Shown: positions 51,323 to 58,323 of the stretch, one piece after another | Layout of the letters: every line of letters begins with the position of its first letter | How positions within the stretch are numbered: position 1 is the first letter of the stretch | Assembly: GCA_037129835.1 (NCBI GenBank) | Contig: JBAXUE010000002.1 | Coordinates: 2,334-66,333, forward strand | DNA: 64,000 nucleotides | Direction: 5' to 3' | From: a bacterium | GTDB lineage: Bacteria; Patescibacteriota; CPR2; UBA1875; CAIMLA01 | The notes under the pieces: model-generated | The model's input: the letters and a program-made list of their open reading frames with translations, nothing else | Told to the model about the DNA's origin: nothing | The model's database searches: none | Program-made: the position numbers and the translations under genes

Positions 51323-52528
51323 ATGCCAGGAGAAGCACCAGCACCATATGAACCAGATTATAAAGAGCACGAAGAAGTTTATGAGACTATGACGGATGAG
51401 CAGGAAAAGCTTACTAGAGAACGAGAAGCTGAACAGTTTAATCGGGAGAATGATCCCAGTATAGCGTTCGAAATGGCGCGACAGGAAGACTACGGCTACA
51501 CTCAAGTAGAGTATCTTACTCGACTTGGGGAAATTTTGGATAAAAGTGACGATGAGATAAATAAGTATGAAGCTACCCATGCTTTAGTTGACGAATATCG
51601 TGAGAAAGTGGACGAGGGGCATAGATTTGGAAGAAGTATACGCTTTAAAGACTTTGCACTGGGTAATAGCTTTACCGAAGATAGGGACAGAAGAGTATCT
51701 AAGGTAGAAACTCCAAAAGACCTTGAAGAGGCGAAGGATTGGACAAAACGACAAGCAGAAGACGCGGCTGAATATTACCAAAGAAGAGGAAGACAAGAAA
51801 AGTTTCTCCAACAGGTCGGGGATCAGCTTTATGAAGAAATAGGGCTTGAGAAAGGTCAGCCATTATCGGCGGCCGAAAATACAGAGTTTCAAAAAGAGCT
51901 TAAGGATAGAGTAGAGAAAGCGAGAGAGGAATATTCATATTCAGACCTTCTTGCGGAGGTCCACTCAATATGGGCAACATACAATGTCTTATGGGGTAGG
52001 ATTACGAATATATTGGAAGATGAAAGAGCAAAATCTCATGTTAAGGGAAGGGAGTCCAGGGATCAAGACGTTGAGCGGTTCGATCTACCATCGCTAGATG
52101 ACAGAGATACTGGCGATGCCCTTGGTGGGAAAATCGAGTATATGTACCCAGAATCTGTTGGGAATGTGATGGGAAGGCTAATCTTACGAAAAATGGACAT
52201 CACAAAGGGCAAATACGCCGGCAACCTTGTTGTTAAGGAAGAGTCTCCACTTCAAGGAAAAATCGATTCATGGGTGGAGCAATATAAGGATCTGGCTGGA
52301 CTTGGCTTTAATTTCGATAGCAAATATGGGCTTCTGGACGCTACGCTATCGAAATTACTCGAAGAAGAATTAATACAACGCTCGCTTACGCCTGAAGCTT
52401 ATAAAGATAAAGATAAGAGGGCTAAGCTTATTAGCCAAATTGGAAATGAGTATAACGCACCCAAAATGCTCGCTGGTGTAGCGGAAAACGAGCTTAAGCG
52501 TAGATTTAATAAGGAAGAGACGATATAA
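51323..52528 (+). CDS. Hypothetical acidic, helical protein (cargo of the element)
   Basis: 401-aa ORF with AAGGAG SD and a downstream hairpin; no recognised motif. Confidence 0.8.
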   Translation: MPGEAPAPYEPDYKEHEEVYETMTDEQEKLTREREAEQFNRENDPSIAFEMARQEDYGYTQVEYLTRLGEILDKSDDEINKYEATHALVDEYREKVDEGHRFGRSIRFKDFALGNSFTEDRDRRVSKVETPKDLEEAKDWTKRQAEDAAEYYQRRGRQEKFLQQVGDQLYEEIGLEKGQPLSAAENTEFQKELKDRVEKAREEYSYSDLLAEVHSIWATYNVLWGRITNILEDERAKSHVKGRESRDQDVERFDLPSLDDRDTGDALGGKIEYMYPESVGNVMGRLILRKMDITKGKYAGNLVVKEESPLQGKIDSWVEQYKDLAGLGFNFDSKYGLLDATLSKLLEEELIQRSLTPEAYKDKDKRAKLISQIGNEYNAPKMLAGVAENELKRRFNKEETI

Positions 52529-52556
52529 AGGCGCGATAACGCTACTAATACAATAA

Positions 52557-52592
52557 TAAAGAGGCGGGATAAAGTATCCTGCCTCTTTATTT
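52557..52592 (+). terminator. Terminator after the cargo gene
   Basis: AAAGAGGCGGGATA-AAG-TATCCTGCCTCTTT then a T-rich tract. Confidence 0.7.
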
Positions 52593-52688
52593 TGGCTAAG
52601 CTAGGGGATACTCGATGTACCCCGCTAGCCAGTGAGACAATTACAAAACTCTTTTTATAGTGTTCCAACTGTTCCAGTCCCACACATT

Positions 52689-52828
52689 TACGCTTAAAAA
52701 TGAGACACTGACACAAATACGCTTAATAACTGTCTCATTTGTCTCATTTTGTGCTTAAATCTTTAAAAAAATGGTACAGTCCGAAATGTCGTAGGGTGTG
52801 TACCATTTTGTACCAATTTGTACTAAAA
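52689..52828. repeat. Cluster of iteron-like direct and inverted 10-11 bp repeats
   Basis: AAAATGAGACA vs TGTCTCATTT x2; AAAATGGTACA vs TGTACCATTTT, TGTACCAATTT, TGTACTAAAA; TACGCTTAA x2. Confidence 0.7.
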
Positions 52829-52895
52829 TAGCCTATGGGTTCTTGAGCGAAGTGCTCTGCCAAAATATAACAAAATAAATGAATCATTTAAAAGA

Positions 52896-52924
52896 TTGAC
52901 AAAAAGCCTAAATTTGAGTAGAAT
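52896..52924 (+). promoter_or_regulatory. secE-nusG promoter
   Basis: TTGACA-17 nt-TAGAAT. Confidence 0.75.
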
Positions 52925-52973
52925 ATTATTGTATTAAGAAGCCGAGAGGCTTTTTTAAAATCCAGAGGAATTT

Positions 52974-53174
52974 ATGAAAAAGTTTTTTGGACATATCATC
53001 GGATATTTTAGAGAGTCACTTGTCGAGTTGTCGAAGGTCGTTTGGCCTACTCGAAAACAAGTATTAGAAATGACTTTAGCTGTGTTGATTTTAGCGGCCT
53101 TTATAGCTACACTGCTTGGGGTTTTCGATTATGGTCTGCAGGAAGCATTGAAACAGTTGCTTAAGTTGAAATAA
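52974..53174 (+). CDS. secE: Preprotein translocase SecE
   Basis: ELSKVVWPTRKQ plus one TM; upstream of nusG. Confidence 0.95.
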   Translation: MKKFFGHIIGYFRESLVELSKVVWPTRKQVLEMTLAVLILAAFIATLLGVFDYGLQEALKQLLKLK

Positions 53175-53188
53175 TAGGAGTATATACT

Positions 53189-53731
53189 ATGTCAAAACAA
53201 GTTAATGAAGGTCGTAATTGGTACGTAATCCATACTTACTCTGGATATGAAGAAAAGGTAGCAGAAAATCTAAAACAGAGAATTAAGTCTTTGAACATGG
53301 ATGACAAGATTTTTGATGTTATTGTACCCAAAGAAAAGACTATCGAGATAAAAAATGGTAAACGAAAAACAGTAGAAAAGCGGATATTTCCTGGTTATGT
53401 AATGGTAGAAATGATTGTTACAGATGATAGTTGGTATGTTGTCAGGAATACACCACAAGTTACAGGCTTTATTGGTTCGGGTACAAATCCTATTCCAATG
53501 AGCGAACCAGAAGTTTCCTTGATTCAGAGAAGAATGGGCATCGAAGAACCTAAGTTCCAAATCGATTTAGCCAAAGGAGACCTAGTTAATATAAATGACG
53601 GTCCTTTCAAGGGATTTGATGGCGTAGTAGATAATGTAGACCAAGATAAGGGTAAAATAAAGGTTATGGTCAACATGTTTGGTAGAGAAACTCCGGTGGA
53701 GCTAGATTCATTACAAGTAAAAAAGGTATAA
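53189..53731 (+). CDS. nusG: Transcription factor NusG
   Basis: WYVIHTYSGYE, FPGYV, VRNTPQVTGF, MFGRETPVEL. Confidence 0.98.
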   Translation: MSKQVNEGRNWYVIHTYSGYEEKVAENLKQRIKSLNMDDKIFDVIVPKEKTIEIKNGKRKTVEKRIFPGYVMVEMIVTDDSWYVVRNTPQVTGFIGSGTNPIPMSEPEVSLIQRRMGIEEPKFQIDLAKGDLVNINDGPFKGFDGVVDNVDQDKGKIKVMVNMFGRETPVELDSLQVKKV

Positions 53732-53737
53732 ATATAT

Positions 53738-53766
53738 GTGGGAGAGCGGAAGCTCGTTATGACCAC
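53738..53766 (+). promoter_or_regulatory. Probable L1-binding autoregulatory leader before rplK
   Basis: GTGGGAG-hairpin-GTTATGACCAC; second copy at 54312. Confidence 0.65.
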
Positions 53767-53768
53767 AA

Positions 53769-53798
53769 ACCCGCCTCCGCTAATAGCTACGGCAGGGT
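53769..53798 (+). repeat. Short CCGCCTACG...CTACGG hairpin repeat directly before the rplK SD
   Basis: ACCCGCCTCCGCTAATAGCTACGGCAGGGT followed by AAAGGAG. Confidence 0.6.
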
Positions 53799-53809
53799 AA
53801 AGGAGAAAA

Positions 53810-54235
53810 ATGGCTAAAAAAATTATGAAAAAGGTAAAAGTAGAAATCCGAGGCGGACAGGCTAACCCAGCGCCACCGATCGGAACTGCTCTAGGGCCGA
53901 CAGGCGTTAATATTATGGACTTCTGTAACCAGTTTAACGACAAGACCAAAGATAAAATGGGTGTCGTTATTCCTTGTGCAATTAACATTTACGAAGACAG
54001 AACTTTCGATTTTATCATGAAACAGCCACCGGCTGCTGTTCTTATCAAGGCAGAAATAGGCCTAGCAAAGGGTTCTGCAAATTCTAAAAAAGACAAAGTA
54101 GCAACAATGACTAGAGCGCAACTTCGGTCTGTCGCAGAAAAAAAGATGGAAGATTTGAATGCACACAGTATCGAACAAGCCGAAAAGGTTATTGCTGGAA
54201 CAGCGCGTTCAATGGGAATAGAAGTAGAGAAATAA
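53810..54235 (+). CDS. rplK: 50S ribosomal protein L11
   Basis: ANPAPPIGTALG, FCNQFN, GTARSMG. Confidence 0.98.
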   Translation: MAKKIMKKVKVEIRGGQANPAPPIGTALGPTGVNIMDFCNQFNDKTKDKMGVVIPCAINIYEDRTFDFIMKQPPAAVLIKAEIGLAKGSANSKKDKVATMTRAQLRSVAEKKMEDLNAHSIEQAEKVIAGTARSMGIEVEK

Positions 54236-54251
54236 TAAACTAACACCACGC

Positions 54252-54300
54252 TGTCATCCTTGCGAAAGCGAGGATATCCTCAGTCAAGCTAAGGATGACA
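54252..54300. repeat. GTCAT...ATGAC palindromic element between rplK and rplA
   Basis: TGTCATCCTTGC-GAAA-GCGAGGAT-ATCCTCAGTCAAGCTAAGGATGACA. Confidence 0.8.
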
Positions 54301-54311
54301 GTGAGGCGACT

Positions 54312-54339
54312 GTGGGAGCTTGAAAGGCGTTATTACCAC
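54312..54339 (+). promoter_or_regulatory. Probable L1-binding site before rplA
   Basis: GTGGGAGCTTGAAAGGCGTTATTACCAC. Confidence 0.65.
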
Positions 54340-54350
54340 GAAAGGACATC

Positions 54351-55253
54351 ATGGCCGAAAAGAAAATTGTAAAAAAAGTAGCGAAAGCAAAAAAAGAAGT
54401 AGAGATAGTAGAAGTACTTGAAACTACTGAGGTTGCTACAGTAGTCGAAGAAAAAAAGACTATAAAAAAAGCTACTACCAAGACAAAGACAAATTCACCC
54501 CGTGAAATCTCACATAGTGAGTCTGCTAAAAGCAGAATTTCACAGGGCAAGAAGAAATTAAGTGCTGAAGAAAAAAATCATTCACGTAAATATCGTGAAG
54601 TGATGGGTCTTATTGATAAAACTAAAGAATATAGCATCGAAGAAGCTGTTGGTTTAGCACAAAAAACTGCAACTACCAAGTTTGATTCTAGTGTTGAGGT
54701 TCATATCAGACTTAATGTTGACCCGCAGAATTCTGAGCAGCAAGTTCGTGGTTCTTTGGTTCTACCAAATGGTACAGGGAAGAGTAAAAAAGTTCTCGCC
54801 ATTGTTCCTCCAGAAAAAGAGAAAGAAGCTATTGATGCCGGGGCTGACTTTGCTGGCGGGGAAGATATGATTGCCAAAATAGAAAAAGGTTGGCTTGACT
54901 TCGAGGTTGTAGTAGCTTCACCAGATATGATGCCAAAACTAGGTAAGATTGGTAAAATTTTGGGCACTAAGGGACTAATGCCGAATCCAAAGGTTGGTAC
55001 TGTTACTGCTAATGTTGGTAAGGTCGTTACTGATATTAAGAAAGGCATGATCGAATATCGCGTTGATAAGAACAGTATTATTCATGTTATTATCGGCAAA
55101 GTTTCATTCGATTCAAAAAAATTAGTTGAAAACTATAATGAACTATTTACTACAATTGTTAAGGTTAAGCCAAACGGAGTAAAAGGGACATACATAAAAG
55201 GTATTTCTCTCGCAACTACTATGGGGCCAGGGGTAAAAGTAGTTACAAAATAA
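54351..55253 (+). CDS. rplA: 50S ribosomal protein L1 with about 70-aa charged N-terminal extension
   Basis: KFDSSVEVH, LPNGTGK, KGLMPNPK.GTV, TTMGPG. Confidence 0.98.
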   Translation: MAEKKIVKKVAKAKKEVEIVEVLETTEVATVVEEKKTIKKATTKTKTNSPREISHSESAKSRISQGKKKLSAEEKNHSRKYREVMGLIDKTKEYSIEEAVGLAQKTATTKFDSSVEVHIRLNVDPQNSEQQVRGSLVLPNGTGKSKKVLAIVPPEKEKEAIDAGADFAGGEDMIAKIEKGWLDFEVVVASPDMMPKLGKIGKILGTKGLMPNPKVGTVTANVGKVVTDIKKGMIEYRVDKNSIIHVIIGKVSFDSKKLVENYNELFTTIVKVKPNGVKGTYIKGISLATTMGPGVKVVTK

Positions 55254-55269
55254 TTCTATATTATATTAA

Positions 55270-55298
55270 AAAAGGAAGCCTCGGGGCTTCTTTTTTTA
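55270..55298 (+). terminator. Terminator after rplA
   Basis: GAAGCC-TCGG-GGCTTC then TTTTTTT. Confidence 0.8.
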
Positions 55299-55361
55299 TA
55301 TGAGATATTATATATTATTCACACAAGTGGTATTATTAATCTTGTATAAGAAGGAGTAATC

Positions 55362-55745
55362 ATGGACAAGATAGCCAATATATATAAATGTGATGTTTGT
55401 AATAAAGTAGTCGAGATCATCGGTGCAGGTGATGGTGAACTTTACTGTGATAATAAACCGATGGCACTACAATTGCCAAAAACTGGAGACGGGGCCGTAG
55501 AGAAGCATGTTCCTGTCGTAGAAAAAACCAACCAAGGCTATTTGGTTAAAGTAGGTTCTATCGCTCATCCAATGGAAGAGGCTCATTATATTCAGTGGAT
55601 TCAGTTAGAAGTGGCAGGCGTTCTGTATAGAAAAAATCTTCAACCAGGATATAAACCAGAATTTGAATTTGTTGTAGAAGGTGAGGACAATGAAATTGTT
55701 GCTACAGCATACTGTAATATCCATGGCTTGTGGAATAACTTATAA
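55362..55745 (+). CDS. Desulfoferrodoxin / superoxide reductase
   Basis: YKCDVC N-terminal domain; EKHVP, HPMEEAHYI, YCNIHGLW centre II ligands. Confidence 0.93.
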   Translation: MDKIANIYKCDVCNKVVEIIGAGDGELYCDNKPMALQLPKTGDGAVEKHVPVVEKTNQGYLVKVGSIAHPMEEAHYIQWIQLEVAGVLYRKNLQPGYKPEFEFVVEGEDNEIVATAYCNIHGLWNNL

Positions 55746-55790
55746 TATAATCATAAATCATCATTATTAATAACTTCAAAGGAGGGGGAT

Positions 55791-56303
55791 ATGGTCGAAG
55801 TAAAAAAGGAAGAAAAGAAAAATAATAATATACTAATTGTTTTATTGGCAATATTACTGACCACTCTATTGGTCGGTGGCACCACTTGGTATTTTATGGA
55901 CCAAAATGCAAAAAATGAAAAAATCACAACAGATGCGGCGATTTCAAAATTAAACAAAAAAATCACCACTTCTGAGAAAAACAATAAAAATACGGTTACG
56001 CCAACTCCTACTGTTTCGGCTGCGTTGACCCCAACACCGACCACCGCCAAAGACACCGTAGAAGCGCTAAGAACCTTCTGCCAGGCTAATGGAGCCCAAA
56101 ATGCCGTTACGGGTGGGATTAGTTACATGGAGTCAGCAAATGGGATTTATGGCAATTGTAGTTTGGAAAATGCAATGTTAATTTCAACAAACGTTAATGG
56201 AACCTGGACGAAGATTTATACAGGTAACGGCGTTATCGAGACCGCCCTTTGTGACCAATATAAGATCCCAAATAAAATGAGCGGTGGTACTTGCAATTAC
56301 TAG
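55791..56303 (+). CDS. Single-pass membrane protein with Thr/Pro linker and 4-Cys extracellular domain (paralog 1)
   Basis: Lys-rich N-terminus, TM, TPTPT linker, ends KIPNKMSGGTCNY. Confidence 0.85.
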   Translation: MVEVKKEEKKNNNILIVLLAILLTTLLVGGTTWYFMDQNAKNEKITTDAAISKLNKKITTSEKNNKNTVTPTPTVSAALTPTPTTAKDTVEALRTFCQANGAQNAVTGGISYMESANGIYGNCSLENAMLISTNVNGTWTKIYTGNGVIETALCDQYKIPNKMSGGTCNY

Positions 56304-56321
56304 AGAAAAAATAGGAGTATT

Positions 56322-56858
56322 ATGACCAAAGAACTAGAAACTACAAAAAAAATAATAGATAGACGTAAAATGACTGTTGTTGTAGGAATAACTACAGTAG
56401 CGGTGGCTTTAGTTTGTGGTGCAGTTTGGTATTATATGGCACAGCAAGAAAATTTTTCTACCGAAAAAACTAAAAAAGAAACAGTCATTTCGAAAGATAG
56501 CATAATAGTAACAGCGTCGGTAACACCTACAACTACAATATCTCCTTCAGGTACTCCGTCGCCAACACCAACGATTAAAACAAATACTAATAGCGCTCAA
56601 GCGTTAAAAGCATTTTGCCAAGAGAATGGTGGTTCAAGTGATGCGACGGATGGAATAAGTTATATGGAGACGGCAAATGGTGTTTATGGTATCTGTACTA
56701 TGGTAAATGGGAAAACCTTAGAAAGCACAACATTTATAGCCGCTGAGATAAGTGGTGTATGGACTAAGGTTTGGAATGGGAATGGTGTGATTGATCTTAC
56801 TACTTGTAATAAATATAAGATCCCAAATAAAATGAGCGGTGGGGCCTGTAACTACTAA
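56322..56858 (+). CDS. Single-pass membrane protein (paralog 2)
   Basis: Same layout; AL..FCQ.NG, GISYME.ANG.YG.C, ends KIPNKMSGGACNY. Confidence 0.85.
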   Translation: MTKELETTKKIIDRRKMTVVVGITTVAVALVCGAVWYYMAQQENFSTEKTKKETVISKDSIIVTASVTPTTTISPSGTPSPTPTIKTNTNSAQALKAFCQENGGSSDATDGISYMETANGVYGICTMVNGKTLESTTFIAAEISGVWTKVWNGNGVIDLTTCNKYKIPNKMSGGACNY

Positions 56859-56875
56859 AAAATATAGGGGGAATT

Positions 56876-57436
56876 ATGCTAAAAGTAAAAGATACTTCAA
56901 AAAATAAAATTAACTGGCGAATAATCGTCATAACTGTAGTGGTTGCCTTAGTAACTGCTGGCGCAGTAGGTGGCGGTGTCTGGTATAATATGGACCAAAA
57001 TGAAAAAAATGCTAAGACGGCAAACGAAAAAGAATTAGCAACTCTTAAAAGTCAAATTAAAGACACTCCTACGATTACGCCAACTTCTAACCCGACACCT
57101 ACTTCAACATCAAAAGCCGATATCGTTCTTACTGATAGTGATTATTTAAATTTTTTAACTATAAATAAATCAGGATGGGTAAAGACAGATTCTTATGTTG
57201 CGCCTATTATATCGAAAAATGATGGAACTTGGGCTATTACATCTCCGTTGCCAATTTTATATGACACCACGAGCGGGTATCACATTCCTGGCATGGGTGG
57301 TTCTATCTATGTTTGGCATAAAGTAAGTGGTTCATGGGAATTTGTTGGACAAGGGGGAGAGGGTGGATATGATGATGCAGTAAAGGCAGTTTATTCCCAA
57401 ATTCCCATCACTGTCATTCCAGAAAGTAGTCGCTAG
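56876..57436 (+). CDS. Single-pass membrane protein (paralog 3, divergent C-terminal domain)
   Basis: GGGVWYNMDQNEKN resembles GGTTWYFMDQNAKN of paralog 1; TPT linker; Cys-free C-terminal domain. Confidence 0.8.
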   Translation: MLKVKDTSKNKINWRIIVITVVVALVTAGAVGGGVWYNMDQNEKNAKTANEKELATLKSQIKDTPTITPTSNPTPTSTSKADIVLTDSDYLNFLTINKSGWVKTDSYVAPIISKNDGTWAITSPLPILYDTTSGYHIPGMGGSIYVWHKVSGSWEFVGQGGEGGYDDAVKAVYSQIPITVIPESSR

Positions 57437-57461
57437 AATATAGTCTGAATCTGTTCATAAC

Positions 57462-57487
57462 TAGAGCCACTGCGGTGGCTCTTTTTT
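57462..57487 (+). terminator. Terminator after the paralog array
   Basis: AGAGCCAC-TGCG-GTGGCTCT then TTTTT. Confidence 0.8.
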
Positions 57488-57507
57488 ATTATAAAATATT
57501 TCTCATC

Positions 57508-57516
57508 TGTGGATAA
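57508..57516 (-). promoter_or_regulatory. Consensus DnaA box upstream of the dcw cluster
   Basis: TGTGGATAA is the reverse complement of TTATCCACA. Confidence 0.5.
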
Positions 57517-57630
57517 GTGTACAGCATTATTAACAAACGGGGGATTTCTTTTAATAGATAAAAGCCATAATAAGCCATAAAAGAATGAATTGATCACATG
57601 GTGGGGGAAAATACGTAAAAATATAGACAA

Positions 57631-57678
57631 GTGGTGTACAGGTGGTGTAAAATGGTGACACGTGGGGAATAGTGGGGA
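57631..57678 (+). promoter_or_regulatory. MraZ operator repeats
   Basis: GTGGTG, GTGGTG, ATGGTG, GTGGGG, GTGGGG at about 10-nt spacing upstream of mraZ. Confidence 0.8.
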
Positions 57679-57720
57679 AACGGAGGGTTTTCCCCCTACT
57701 CCGCGAAAGGGGCAAAAAAG

Positions 57721-58143
57721 ATGTTTATCGGTGAATACCAACACAATTTGGATGATAAAGGAAGACTAGCTATCCCAGCGAAGTTTCGTGGACAGCTCTC
57801 AGAGGGTGCTGTAGTTACGAAGGGTTTGGATAATTGTCTTTCTTTGTTCACAAAAGAGGGCTGGGACTTTGAAGCCGAAAGACTGATGAACCTACCGCTA
57901 ACACAGGCTAAGGCTCGTGCCTACGCTCGTTTCATGCTCTCTAGTGCGTTTCCAGTAGAAATAGATAAGCAGGGTAGGGTTAACGTACCACAAGCGCTTA
58001 GAAGCTTTGCGGGGATTTCAGGAAGCACAGTAGTTACCGGACTCGGAGACCATGTTGAAATCTGGGCTCCAGAGGCTTGGGAAGAATATCGATCGCACAT
58101 TGAAAAAGATAGCGGCAATATTGCCGAAGAATTAGGAATTTAA
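57721..58143 (+). CDS. mraZ: Transcriptional regulator MraZ
   Basis: MFIGEYQHNLDDKGRLAIPAKFR, DKQGRV, VEIW. Confidence 0.97.
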   Translation: MFIGEYQHNLDDKGRLAIPAKFRGQLSEGAVVTKGLDNCLSLFTKEGWDFEAERLMNLPLTQAKARAYARFMLSSAFPVEIDKQGRVNVPQALRSFAGISGSTVVTGLGDHVEIWAPEAWEEYRSHIEKDSGNIAEELGI

Positions 58144-58323
58144 TAGTTTATAGTCTCCCTGCATAGGCAGAAATCTCCAAAGTAGATAGCTAGCAGCCAG
58201 CAAGCACCTTTCTATTTAAACATCCACCTCAAATTTAGCCCAACTAAATTAATTCGAAAAACTATAAGTTTTAGTCACGAACTCTACGTTCACTGACTGC
58301 TAGCTACTTGCCAAGGAGAAAAA

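Larger units (their letters stand above)
49818..52862. mobile_element. Small integrative element (about 3 kb) at the 3' end of tRNA-Trp
   Basis: Serine recombinase plus one cargo gene interrupt the usual tRNA-Trp to secE linkage; GGGTTC-N14-CTGCCA occurs at both the tRNA end and 52837-52862. Confidence 0.65.

Noticed and set aside
57411-57426. CTGTCATTCC near the end of the third surface-protein gene
   Set aside because: Matches only the first bases of the GTCAT element, with no hairpin or ATGAC partner
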